DNA of 26,764 bases from a virus (Duplodnaviria; Caudoviricetes). The position numbers and the translations under genes were made by a program. Below the pieces are notes generated by a model that was given only the letters and a program-made list of their open reading frames with translations, made no database searches and had not been told where the DNA came from. Location: positions 1-26,764 of IMG/VR virus record IMGVR_UViG_3300031519_000180; one strand, written 5' to 3'. Each line of letters starts with the position of its first letter. Position 1 is the stretch's first letter. Of this stretch, positions 1 through 9,088 are shown in pieces.

Positions 1-2
1 TA

Positions 3-149
3 GTAAAGGGCTTTATTAAAATTGGAAATGAAGCTAATGTCATAGTCAAACTTGGTCATGTCTATTCTGGAGATATGGAACGGAAAGACAGTTTTTTTAA
101 AAGGTTGGGTCTTGTGAAAGCAGGATCTCTATATACGGAGGTCAAATAA
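3..149 (+). CDS. C-terminal fragment of a GNAT-family acetyltransferase (5' truncated by window edge; not in ORF track)
   Basis: Frame 3 reads VKGFIKIGNEANVIVKLGHVYSGDMERKDSFFKRLGLVKAGSLYTEVK*. RKDSFFKRLGL..G..Y resembles the GNAT C-terminal motif. It lies directly upstream of the ejection-protein genes. Confidence 0.6.
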   Translation, partial: VKGFIKIGNEANVIVKLGHVYSGDMERKDSFFKRLGLVKAGSLYTEVK

Positions 150-150
150 A

Positions 151-1143
151 ATGGGTGCAATGTGTGCAAGTTCATCGATAAGCCTACCCAGTTCAGGTCA
201 GACAGTAAGCGGTACAACGCTCCCAGCTTGGGTTTCTGCCGCAGGTAGAGGTTTATTCGAACAATCCGCAGAATTAGCAAAATCTCCTTACCCTCTCTAC
301 AGAGGTCAACGTATAGCGAGTTACGGTGGGTCTAAGTTAACTCCTGAAGAGCAGGAGGCGGCACGATTGCTTTCGACAAGTGCAGGTGAGTATCAACCCT
401 ACATCGATAAAGCTACAGACCTAGCAGGAAAATTAGGTCAAGGTTACGGAGCATCTACAAGTGCAGAACTTATGGGAGATGATTTCTCTTTAGAATCAGC
501 TCAACCCTTCTTAGACATTTATCAAGGGGCGCAAGATTCCGCAGTAAGAGAAATTGGAGATCAAACTGTAGCTCAACAAAACATGGCTAGGGCTAACGCG
601 GCTAGGGGTGGTGCATTCGGTGGTTCGAGATTAGGAATTACAGAGGCTATGCTCGGTGCTGAGGGCGCACAATCCGCAGGAGATTTAAGGTCAAGGGCGG
701 CCGCTGAAGGTCTAGGCTTTGCGGCAAACAGGTTTGACACAGATAGAGCGGCTCGATTTAGTGCAGAGGATGCTAGGAGAGTAGGCTACGAGACTGATGA
801 AGGTTCACGGCTAAGACAGCAAGAGACTTATCAAAGCATGGGGCCAATGGTTCAGGCTTTGCGAGAGCAGACAGCGGCAGGACTTATTACAACTGGTGAG
901 GCCAAGAGGCGTTTAGATCAAATGGCTTTGGACATGTCTTACGCTGATTACCAAGATCAGAGGCAGTACCCTTACGAGCAAATTAATTTTGCGTCAGGTG
1001 TTCTTCAGGGAACTCCCTACAATACTCAGAATTACGGATATAATATGGCGCAACAATACGCCCAAGCTCCGAGTGTATTCGGTCAGGGCGTTGGTGCGTT
1101 AGGCTCACTTGGTGCGGCATACGCTATGTATAAGAGAGGATAA
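151..1143 (+). CDS. Internal virion / DNA ejection (pilot) protein, P22 gp7-like
   Basis: 330 aa, rich in Ala/Gly/Gln, with AARGGAFGGSR motif and Gly-rich hydrophobic C-terminus (GQGVGALGSLGAAYAMY). GGAGG RBS at 137-141. First of three consecutive large genes. Confidence 0.65.
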   Translation: MGAMCASSSISLPSSGQTVSGTTLPAWVSAAGRGLFEQSAELAKSPYPLYRGQRIASYGGSKLTPEEQEAARLLSTSAGEYQPYIDKATDLAGKLGQGYGASTSAELMGDDFSLESAQPFLDIYQGAQDSAVREIGDQTVAQQNMARANAARGGAFGGSRLGITEAMLGAEGAQSAGDLRSRAAAEGLGFAANRFDTDRAARFSAEDARRVGYETDEGSRLRQQETYQSMGPMVQALREQTAAGLITTGEAKRRLDQMALDMSYADYQDQRQYPYEQINFASGVLQGTPYNTQNYGYNMAQQYAQAPSVFGQGVGALGSLGAAYAMYKRG

Positions 1144-1146
1144 GTA

Positions 1147-2943
1147 ATGGGACGTTTTGGAGTAAGTAACACTGATATAGAAAATAATCCTCTTTATGGT
1201 ACTCTTAAAAGTATATCTGGTTCTGATCTTTTAGCGCGTCAAGCAATAGAGGGCGCACAGGCACTTGTACCTGCACCAAGAGAAATATCAGGCGCAGAGC
1301 TTGCCCTACAGTTCTTTTCCAATATGGCGGCTAATGCGTCACAGCCAGGATCAACAGCATTAAGTTCAGCGGCAAGTGCAATTAAGCCTACTGCCGATGA
1401 GTATATACGGCAAGTCGAGGCTAACCGTAAAGCTCAGGAGGCCACAGGGCCGTTGGCTATCTCACTGGCTAAAGCATTGAAGCCTGACAAAGTTACGCCA
1501 CGCGCACCTGTTAAAGTAATGGTGGGTGGTAAGGCCGTTTACATGAGTGCGGCTAAAGCGATTAGAGAAGGCTATGAAGTCGCTACTACCCCATCATCTA
1601 CAGGGACTTATAAATCTGTTCTTGTTGATAGAAACGATGATAAAGGCCCAGTATTAGATTTTATGAACTCTAATGAAATAACAGCCGCTAAAGCCGCAGG
1701 GTTTACGGTTACTAATGATAAGACCACAAAATCTTCTACAACTAGAATGGATGTTCTTTTAAGAGATGGGGTTGACAACGTTGAAACACCATTAATTAAT
1801 GAACGTATAACTAGTATATTAGCATCAGATTTTGATGAAAAACTACATATTCCTGCATCGGCTCTAGATACGACCGCTCCTAAGACTCCTGTTGCTCCTA
1901 AAACTTACCAAGTTCCTCCAGATAACATAGAAGCATTTAAATTAAAATTTCCTTTGGTTGCAATTGATCCAGATGGAATTGTTTTGTTAAACAGCAAACA
2001 ATTTGTAGATGCACAAAACCTTGTTTTTTCCTATAATAAGCCAGCAGGTGGCACAGAAAAAGAACGTGGTATTGAAACTTTAAATCGTATTGCAGGTGGG
2101 TGGAACTATGAAGATTCAAGTTGGAACGAAGGTGTTTCTCCCGAAGATAAAACTGAATATGGTATACAATATCAAATGTTAATGAAGGGTTATGAAACAA
2201 CTCGAATAGTGGATGGCAGAGAGCAAACAATTAAAGTACCAGGTATAGATTTAACAATTACAAATCTCCCTGTTCCTGAAGGATTTGATCCTTCAACAAT
2301 CCTTAATGACAGGGCTAGAGATTTTGGCCCACAAGCCGTGGACGCAGGTTTTGCTCAAAGAATGCTTTACGCTGAAGGTCTTGTAAGGGATGTTTTAGTA
2401 GGAGGATATGAGCCTAATGTGACAGATGCCGCTACAGATGATATTGGGACTTGGATAGGTTCATCCCTTCAATCCCCTCAAGGTCAGAGATTTTATCAAG
2501 CGTCAAGAAACTTTATTGCCGCTGTTCTACGAAAAGAATCTGGTGCGGCTATTAGTGATGGTGAGTATACTAATGGATTAAAACAATACTTCCCTAGAGT
2601 TGGAGATGGGCCAGAAGTTTTAAAGCAGAAGGAGGCCTTGAGAGAATCGGCAATAAAAGGAATGGTAAATGTTTCTGGAGATGCATTTGCTTATATATTT
2701 CCAGAAGCAGTTCCATTTTTATCTTTTGAAGTTAATAATGAAAAAATAGATATTCTTAATCCAAGAGGTTACTCTTCTAATGAATTAGCAAAAAGTTTAA
2801 GAGGCAAAGGGTTATTCTTTGATTATAGCCTTGGTAATATGGGTGTAGACGAACTTAGAGGTATGCTTGGAAAACCTGAAGGTACTTATACTCCAGACCA
2901 ATTAAATAAAATAGCCGCAAGACTTGACGAGCTAGGGAGTTAA
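1147..2943 (+). CDS. Internal virion / DNA transfer protein, P22 gp20-like position
   Basis: 598 aa. The C-terminal block FIAAVLRKESGAAISDGEY...QYFPRVGD...QKEALR is one I recognise from podophage DNA-transfer proteins. Synteny fits. Confidence 0.6.
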   Translation: MGRFGVSNTDIENNPLYGTLKSISGSDLLARQAIEGAQALVPAPREISGAELALQFFSNMAANASQPGSTALSSAASAIKPTADEYIRQVEANRKAQEATGPLAISLAKALKPDKVTPRAPVKVMVGGKAVYMSAAKAIREGYEVATTPSSTGTYKSVLVDRNDDKGPVLDFMNSNEITAAKAAGFTVTNDKTTKSSTTRMDVLLRDGVDNVETPLINERITSILASDFDEKLHIPASALDTTAPKTPVAPKTYQVPPDNIEAFKLKFPLVAIDPDGIVLLNSKQFVDAQNLVFSYNKPAGGTEKERGIETLNRIAGGWNYEDSSWNEGVSPEDKTEYGIQYQMLMKGYETTRIVDGREQTIKVPGIDLTITNLPVPEGFDPSTILNDRARDFGPQAVDAGFAQRMLYAEGLVRDVLVGGYEPNVTDAATDDIGTWIGSSLQSPQGQRFYQASRNFIAAVLRKESGAAISDGEYTNGLKQYFPRVGDGPEVLKQKEALRESAIKGMVNVSGDAFAYIFPEAVPFLSFEVNNEKIDILNPRGYSSNELAKSLRGKGLFFDYSLGNMGVDELRGMLGKPEGTYTPDQLNKIAARLDELGS

Positions 2944-2948
2944 AAACC

Positions 2949-4991
2949 ATGAGTTTACTTGATGATCTAAGAGACAAATATAATATAGTTGAAACACCAA
3001 CAGAAGAGCTTGATGCAGAGACTGGTTTAACTTTATCTGAGAAGGCTAGGTTAGTGGCTCAGGGTGCTAGTTTGGGTTGGTCAGATGAAATAATCGGAGC
3101 AATTAAAGGCGCAGTTCAAGGTGATGTTGCAGGTGGTATAGAATCTGAGAGACAATCTGTAAAAGACGCACAAGAGAAAAAAGGATCATTGAAATATGAA
3201 ATAGGCGGTGCGTTTGTTCCTGGAGTATTAGCGGCTCCATATACGGGTGGGGGGTCAATGGTTCCCTCTCTTGTTAGGTCTGGAGTTATTGGCGCGACAG
3301 AAGGTCTTGTATATGGCATGGGAACTGCTGAGGGCAATGTCCAAGAAAGGGCTGTACAAGGTTTAGATGAAGCGGCAATAGGTTTGTTTTTAAATCCTAT
3401 CGCACAAAAAACAATTGGATATGGAACTAAAATAATTCCTAAATTGTTTGGAGATTTTGCTAGAAGAGGCATGGGGAAAAATAGTGCTAAAGTTGAAAAA
3501 GAAATAATACGCCTATTAGATGAAGCAAATATAAATGCTAATGATACTGGTGAAGTAAATAATCTTTTACAGCAAATTGCAGATGGTAAAATATTTGCTG
3601 AAATATCAGAAGATACGGCTATGGTTGTTAGAAATTTATATGCGGCTTCAGGTAAAGGCGCACAGATACTTGCTGACAGTGTCGAGAGTAGAGCTAAACA
3701 ATTTATGGGTGAAGCCGCATCTGGTCTCCAACGAGGTCTGGCTCCAGCTTTAGAGGAAAATGTAGAGAGAACTTTTTCTACAAACCTTAAAAAACTTAAA
3801 GCTGATGAAGGTGTGGCATATGAAAAGATATTTAAATCCTCAAAAGAGACTGGGGGTGTTTCAGCTTTTGATAGATTAAAATCTCTTAATTTAAATATGG
3901 CTGTTGAAGATCTTCTAAACAACCAGAAGTTTTTAAGAAATAACATTGCAACCTTAATATCCGCTAAGAAATTAAAGCCTTTGTTTGAAGTTGTAAAAGG
4001 ATCTAAATCAGGAAAGGTCAATCTTCTAAGAGACATTGATTTAGAGACTGCTGAAGTCATTCGTAGGGCATTAAAAGATAAATCTGATACAGCTTGGAAG
4101 CAAGGCGATGGAAGTTTAGGGGGTGCTGTAGGTGATTTAGAAACAGAGTTAAGAACTATAATTGATGACATATCACCAGACTTAAAATCCACCCGTTCGG
4201 CATGGAAAGATATTTTATCATCTCAAAAAATATATAAAGACGCAAAAACAATATTTTCTAAGAATGCTGATGAAATGGAAGAATATATTGAAAACATATT
4301 GCAAGATGGAACACCAGCCCAGATAGAAGCTCTTAGAGCAGGTGGGGCTTCTCACATAAGAAAAATTATACAAGATAGAGGCTTAACAAGAGTAATTAGT
4401 AAATTCAATCAAGGCGAACTCAAAGAAGCTAGAATATTGCAATATTTATATCCCTCCGATAAAATTGATGATATCTTAAATAAAATTTCTAAAGCTGATA
4501 CATCGAATGCAACTAAGAATCTTATTATCGCTAATAATAAAATTGGTACGGCTAAGACATTAGAGGGTGCTTCAAGGGTAGGTGGAATGCTTGGGCCTCT
4601 TGCTTCTTTTGTTACAACTGGAAATCCATTGTCAGCTATTAGCTTAATATCTAAGCTACTTGGGAAATCAAGCGGTGATTTATCTGAAGACCAATTACTT
4701 GAAATTGCCACAATACTTTCTTCGGAAAGTCCTGATTTGTTAAGAGATGCGCTTACAGACACTAAAACTCAAACTGTTCTGAAAGACGCTGTTTTTAATA
4801 TTGCTCAAAGAATACAAGGTGGGATAGGTACTGCGGTTCAAAAGACAACAGAAATAACTCCAATTCCAGATGCAATAGACAAAATAGTTTCACCAAGTTT
4901 TGCAGGAGAGTCTGACAGTTTAAATCAAATTATAAGTGGTGCTAGTAATACTAAGAAAAAGAAAATACTGGCCGCGAGTAATGCGAGATAA
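2949..4991 (+). CDS. Large internal virion / DNA transfer protein, P22 gp16-like position
   Basis: 680 aa, helical, with N-terminal AQGASLGWSDEIIG motif and Gly/Ala-rich membrane-like segments. Third gene of the trio. Confidence 0.6.
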   Translation: MSLLDDLRDKYNIVETPTEELDAETGLTLSEKARLVAQGASLGWSDEIIGAIKGAVQGDVAGGIESERQSVKDAQEKKGSLKYEIGGAFVPGVLAAPYTGGGSMVPSLVRSGVIGATEGLVYGMGTAEGNVQERAVQGLDEAAIGLFLNPIAQKTIGYGTKIIPKLFGDFARRGMGKNSAKVEKEIIRLLDEANINANDTGEVNNLLQQIADGKIFAEISEDTAMVVRNLYAASGKGAQILADSVESRAKQFMGEAASGLQRGLAPALEENVERTFSTNLKKLKADEGVAYEKIFKSSKETGGVSAFDRLKSLNLNMAVEDLLNNQKFLRNNIATLISAKKLKPLFEVVKGSKSGKVNLLRDIDLETAEVIRRALKDKSDTAWKQGDGSLGGAVGDLETELRTIIDDISPDLKSTRSAWKDILSSQKIYKDAKTIFSKNADEMEEYIENILQDGTPAQIEALRAGGASHIRKIIQDRGLTRVISKFNQGELKEARILQYLYPSDKIDDILNKISKADTSNATKNLIIANNKIGTAKTLEGASRVGGMLGPLASFVTTGNPLSAISLISKLLGKSSGDLSEDQLLEIATILSSESPDLLRDALTDTKTQTVLKDAVFNIAQRIQGGIGTAVQKTTEITPIPDAIDKIVSPSFAGESDSLNQIISGASNTKKKKILAASNAR

Positions 4992-5112
4992 GTGGAAACC
5001 AGACTTTGCATTGTGGGGTTTATTGATTATCATCTTGGCAGTTGGCTCTTGCGGAAATCTTAACTGTGAGGTCTTCCCGATTAATAATTTTTGCACTTGG
5101 GGGGTCAAGTAA
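4981..5112 (+). CDS. 43-aa putative lipoprotein (not in ORF track)
   Basis: MRDKWKPDFALWGLLIIILAVGSCGNLNCEVFPINNFCTWGVK*: charged N-terminus, hydrophobic core, lipobox-like VGS-C. Its TAA overlaps the next ATG (TAATG, 5110-5114). Confidence 0.6.
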   Translation: MRDKWKPDFALWGLLIIILAVGSCGNLNCEVFPINNFCTWGVK

Positions 5113-5768
5113 TGAACTTTAGAAAAGCAATTTCATACTTACTATTCTTTGTTGCGATAACAGGTATTCTCTACATTCTGTTTAGCTCATTTGCAGAAGC
5201 CGCAGATAGTAACACAGTTTCCTCAACTGTCATAGATAAATCTGTGGGAACGGCAAATGCGCCAGGAATAAACATCAACCAGAATGATTCTTGCGGTACG
5301 GCTAACTCCATAGCAATACAATCTCAGATCCTCGGCATTGCCAGAGGTAAGGCTATAATAGACTTGAACTGTGAACGCATAAAATTAGCTAGGGTTCTAG
5401 GGCAAAGCGGTTTGCGCGTGGCATCAGTTTCTGTGCTATGTGGTGATCCTTCAGGCCGTGTGTTTGATGCGATGTGGAGGGCAGGCACAACCTGTCCATT
5501 TGGTTCTTTATTAGATCAAGGCTTAATTGGCGAAGAAGCTAAAGTCATGTGGACGAAGAACCCAACCATGATTCCCGAAGGTAGCCACTTTCGAAAAATG
5601 ATTGAAAAAGTCAATGTAGCAAAGGCAGAAAAGAAAAAAGCGGTAGAAAAGGCTAAAAAGAAAAAGCTAAAAGAAAAGAAACCTAAGAAAGCGAATAAGG
5701 ATGAGACATCAACCAGTAAGAAAGGTGGCCTGTTTCTTAGCATTGTTACTATACTGCTCCTCCTCTAA
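5112..5768 (+). CDS. Exported Cys-containing protein with Lys-rich tail and C-terminal hydrophobic anchor
   Basis: Start moved to ATG 5112 (TAATG coupling). Signal/TM segment ending AEA-A, four Cys in the core (NDSC, NCERIKLAR, VLCGDP, AGTTCP), poly-Lys linker, C-terminal GLFLSIVTILLLL. Confidence 0.7.
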   Translation: MNFRKAISYLLFFVAITGILYILFSSFAEAADSNTVSSTVIDKSVGTANAPGININQNDSCGTANSIAIQSQILGIARGKAIIDLNCERIKLARVLGQSGLRVASVSVLCGDPSGRVFDAMWRAGTTCPFGSLLDQGLIGEEAKVMWTKNPTMIPEGSHFRKMIEKVNVAKAEKKKAVEKAKKKKLKEKKPKKANKDETSTSKKGGLFLSIVTILLLL

Positions 5769-7362
5769 GGCAGATATAAATTGTGCCACAGATGTAGTCG
5801 GCCTATGTACACCCACAACTGAGACAATAATTACTGAAGTTGTGACGGAAGATAGCTACGCAGATGGCAACGGCACAACCACAATAACCACAACCAACAC
5901 GACGACAACTACTGATAGCGTGGTCAATACTGATTCAGGAGATACTCTTGATGGTGACAATGATTTTGTGACAACAAAATATGAAGGTGATATGGATTCT
6001 GATTGGGGAGGCCAAGGGCCAGCTAATATCTCCTCTGGTGCTACTTGTGGTGACTTAGGTGCAGATAAGTGCGCTCAGATAACAGGTTCTGGTAATAGCA
6101 CCTCCACGATGGGTGTCAGTGGCATGGGTACTACATTTATACAGACTATTGATGTGTCAGACTTAAATGTTAGTAACGGTGGTAAGACAACGTACACTAT
6201 TAAGGTAGAGAAGCAGGATGCGGCTGACAGCATATATCTACATATTACAGGCAAGGACGGATCTTCAGTTAAGTTTGCAGGTACGGATGTTTTATCTGCG
6301 GCAGGCGTAGACACGGGATATGCGTCTTACTCTGGAGAGTTTGATTTCGGTGGTAGCTTGACATCACTTATCGTGGAAATTGGGGGCCGAGATATCAATT
6401 TATCCATAGGGCCTGTATTTGATGACGTGAGCATCAATGTGATTTATAATGTCATTGCACAAGTTATTGCAAACAGCATAACGACTGTCGAGCAGTGGGT
6501 CAGCCTTAATATTGGAGGCGACACAGAACTAGATCTAATAGAAGACATATTTGATAATAATGATTTTGAAGAGACAGACGGTGGCTTTATAGAAATCACA
6601 CCAAACGAAGACAATGAAGATTATTCAGATATGGATACTGTCGAGGCTGAGATAGATGCAATGGTTGGCTTTGATGAAATCCCAACATTTGAAATAGAAA
6701 TCCCAACATTTGATATACCAGATATTCCCACTGTAGATGTGGGTTCGATCGAAACAAATATAGAGGCTGAGATAGAGTCACAGATGGAGATAGATACGTC
6801 ACCTCCCCCAGCACCAGTAGCACCAGAACCAGAGGTGGTTCCTGTAATTGAAAAAACTGAAGAGGGCGAGATGGTAGAGGTTGAGCCAGAGAAAGAAGAA
6901 GTGGTCGTTGCGGAAAAAGAAGTTGAGCCAGAGCCAGAGAAAGAAGAAGTAGTTGTCGCAGAAAAAGAAGTTGAACCTGAGATAAAAAAAGAAGTTGAGC
7001 CAGAGCCAGAGAAAGAAGAAATAGTCGTGGCGAAGAAAGAGCCTGAGAAGAAAGTAAAGACTAAAGAGCAGAAGAAGGCTGATAAGCAGAAGGCGGCTAG
7101 TAAGATTGTCAAGAAGATGAAGTCTAAGTCTAGTTATTATAATGACACTTCGCAACAGAAGACACTTATTATCATGCAAGTTGTCAGTGGTAATGCTAAG
7201 GATTTCTTTTTAAATCAAAACCAGTTACAAGATATACAAGGTTTCTTTTCTAACTTGCCGTCAATCCCTGACGGTAACTTAGGGGCTAGTCCAAATGCGT
7301 TTGCATTCTTTGGCTCTGGAAGTCAGACTATGAATGAAATGATAGAGCTACAATATAAGTAG
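5701..7362 (+). CDS. Exported protein: Thr-rich N-terminus, beta-rich (carbohydrate-binding-like) domain, acidic Glu/Pro repeat linker, Lys-rich segment
   Basis: 553 aa. Signal-peptide-like N-terminus (..FLALLLYCSSSKA-D), two Cys pairs, EPEKEEVVVAEKEV repeats. Exact start uncertain (ATG 5701 or GTG 5725). Confidence 0.7.
   Translation: MRHQPVRKVACFLALLLYCSSSKADINCATDVVGLCTPTTETIITEVVTEDSYADGNGTTTITTTNTTTTTDSVVNTDSGDTLDGDNDFVTTKYEGDMDSDWGGQGPANISSGATCGDLGADKCAQITGSGNSTSTMGVSGMGTTFIQTIDVSDLNVSNGGKTTYTIKVEKQDAADSIYLHITGKDGSSVKFAGTDVLSAAGVDTGYASYSGEFDFGGSLTSLIVEIGGRDINLSIGPVFDDVSINVIYNVIAQVIANSITTVEQWVSLNIGGDTELDLIEDIFDNNDFEETDGGFIEITPNEDNEDYSDMDTVEAEIDAMVGFDEIPTFEIEIPTFDIPDIPTVDVGSIETNIEAEIESQMEIDTSPPPAPVAPEPEVVPVIEKTEEGEMVEVEPEKEEVVVAEKEVEPEPEKEEVVVAEKEVEPEIKKEVEPEPEKEEIVVAKKEPEKKVKTKEQKKADKQKAASKIVKKMKSKSSYYNDTSQQKTLIIMQVVSGNAKDFFLNQNQLQDIQGFFSNLPSIPDGNLGASPNAFAFFGSGSQTMNEMIELQYK
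6880..7050 (+). repeat. Imperfect in-frame coding tandem repeat (VEPEPEKEEVVVAEKE x3)
   Basis: gagccagagaaagaagaa recurs three times. Unit lengths are multiples of 3, with synonymous variation. Confidence 0.85.
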
Positions 7363-7371
7363 GAGTTCGAC

Positions 7372-8124
7372 ATGAGTGAAATAGAATACGGTGGCGTGAA
7401 AGTATCTGGCAAAGGAATGCTTGGTAAGCTCATTTGGATTTTACCTTTGATGGGTACACTGGGAGGAGGCTCTTGGGCAGTTTTTGAGTTTTACAAAGAT
7501 TATGAAGACATGAAAGAATCCGTACAGCAATATGTCAGCCCGGATATGGGGTGGATAGAGTCTCACATCAGCGAAACAAATGCCGAGCTTAAAATGGTTG
7601 AGCAAGACTTCTCAATTGTAGAGAAAGAATTTAAGGTTTTGAAGGAAGTTGACGAGGCGACTTCGGCAGTTATTCGAGAACGGATCAACAGTGTAAAGGA
7701 AATATCCGCAAATCTCCAAACTGACCTCCACGACCTACGCATGGATTTGAACCAAGATGTTGCTGAATTAAACAATCATATTGAGGTGACCTCAGATAAG
7801 TTGAACGCCAATTTAAGCAAGCAAGAGGCTCGACTTGAGAAGCAAGACGCTAGGAATAGGCAGTCTGTTGAGGATGTAAATAAAGCCAGTTCAGATAATG
7901 TGACAATTATTCGAGGGCTGATATCAAGCTCAGAGGAACGCAGAGATCGGATTGTAGATCGCCTTGATACTAAACTGGCAGAGACACAGTCGTTAATCGA
8001 TGATCTTGTTAAGGCAAATAGGAAGTTAAAGGATGAGATCACTGATGCTCAAGAACAATTAAGGAAAGACCTTATGGCTGACATGGAAGATCAAATCAAG
8101 AAAGCCTTGGGTGGATTTAAATAG
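7372..8124 (+). CDS. Single-pass membrane protein with long coiled coil
   Basis: 250 aa, AGGAG RBS. N-terminal hydrophobic segment (LIWILPLMGTLGGGSWAVF) followed by about 200 aa of heptad-like helix. Confidence 0.75.
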   Translation: MSEIEYGGVKVSGKGMLGKLIWILPLMGTLGGGSWAVFEFYKDYEDMKESVQQYVSPDMGWIESHISETNAELKMVEQDFSIVEKEFKVLKEVDEATSAVIRERINSVKEISANLQTDLHDLRMDLNQDVAELNNHIEVTSDKLNANLSKQEARLEKQDARNRQSVEDVNKASSDNVTIIRGLISSSEERRDRIVDRLDTKLAETQSLIDDLVKANRKLKDEITDAQEQLRKDLMADMEDQIKKALGGFK

Positions 8125-8136
8125 AGAGGAAAGCAA

Positions 8137-8238
8137 ATGAAAAACAAATGGATTTGGATAGGGTTAGCATTGGCAATATTCGTTGTCGTTATTTTTTATG
8201 GTGTGGACAAGATGATGTGTGAGCCACCCTGCATTTAA
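8137..8238 (+). CDS. 33-aa single-TM peptide (not in ORF track)
   Basis: MKNKWIWIGLALAIFVVVIFYGVDKMMCEPPCI*. GAGAGGA RBS upstream. It fills the gap exactly and its stop abuts ATG 8239. Confidence 0.7.
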   Translation: MKNKWIWIGLALAIFVVVIFYGVDKMMCEPPCI

Positions 8239-8544
8239 ATGAGCAAGGAACTTACAGCCCAACAGAAGAGTACAATGACTTGGAGGTGGACTGCCCTTCT
8301 AATTTATTTGCTTATATGTTTCTATGATTTTATGTTCTGCCCGATTTGGTACGGATTAAATAGACCAGACATCTCACAATTTATGCTGATAATTAACTCC
8401 ACTACAGAACCTATGGTTCAAATGGAATTGATGAAGAAGCTAACAGGTCAACATCAACCTTTCACATTAATGGGTGGTGGATTGTTTCATTTAGCGTTTG
8501 GGGCTATACTAACAGGATCAGCATTTGCAGAAAAAGGAAAATAG
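8239..8544 (+). CDS. Two-TM membrane protein, holin-like
   Basis: 101 aa with two hydrophobic helices (WTALLIYLLICFYDFMFCPIWY; GGGLFHLAFGAILTG) and a charged C-terminus. The holin role is inferred. Confidence 0.5.
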   Translation: MSKELTAQQKSTMTWRWTALLIYLLICFYDFMFCPIWYGLNRPDISQFMLIINSTTEPMVQMELMKKLTGQHQPFTLMGGGLFHLAFGAILTGSAFAEKGK

Positions 8545-9084
8545 ATGAGATATTTAATAGTATTATTAGCTTTGATGGTTTCACCTGCTTACGCAGATTT
8601 AACTATCTGCAAGGGAGAGTACGCACTCTGCGCGGCATCAACATGTCAGCCTACAGGTCGAAACATTAGGGCAAGCTCTGGTGAAATATATCCAGAAGTT
8701 ACCTGTAAGTGTCCAGTATTATTTGGGGATGCTATTGCCGATACCACAATGGGCAACATGCAAGGTTCGTGTCAACCGACTGACAGTGAACATGTCTGGA
8801 GTTTATTTGCTCCACTAAGTATGTATCCACAGGAGGCGAGTAACTTCAGTAAACTTCCACGCAACATGAAAGTTGTTGTCCAGAAGTGTGACGCGAGTTT
8901 AAACCAAGGTGCTAGGGCTAGTAATTGTTTCTCATGGAACTGCGAGAAAGGGCCGAATGGAATTGCTAATTGTAAGTGTCCTATGGGTCAGGAACCTCCA
9001 GCTACTACGTTCTTAACTGAGGCAGGTCAGGGAAATCCAGAGGCATGTTTCCAACATCCTGTGAGCCTTCCCATATCTAAGTAA
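8545..9084 (+). CDS. Secreted cysteine-rich protein (12 Cys)
   Basis: Clear signal peptide MRYLIVLLALMVSPAYA-D. Twelve Cys in the mature part, including two CKCP motifs. Confidence 0.75.
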   Translation: MRYLIVLLALMVSPAYADLTICKGEYALCAASTCQPTGRNIRASSGEIYPEVTCKCPVLFGDAIADTTMGNMQGSCQPTDSEHVWSLFAPLSMYPQEASNFSKLPRNMKVVVQKCDASLNQGARASNCFSWNCEKGPNGIANCKCPMGQEPPATTFLTEAGQGNPEACFQHPVSLPISK

Positions 9085-9088
9085 AACC

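Noticed and set aside
3116-4192. 358-aa antisense ORF (also 4409-4762, 6621-7112 and other minus-strand track ORFs inside long plus-strand genes)
   Set aside because: Shadow frames of well-supported plus-strand genes. They are Ser/Phe/Leu-rich, with no motifs and no RBS.
6880-7050. Repeats as a possible CRISPR array or DGR template (also 26174-26293 and 24861-24929)
   Set aside because: Units are in-frame multiples of 3 with synonymous variation and no unique spacers. There is no cas or reverse transcriptase gene and no adenine-specific divergence.
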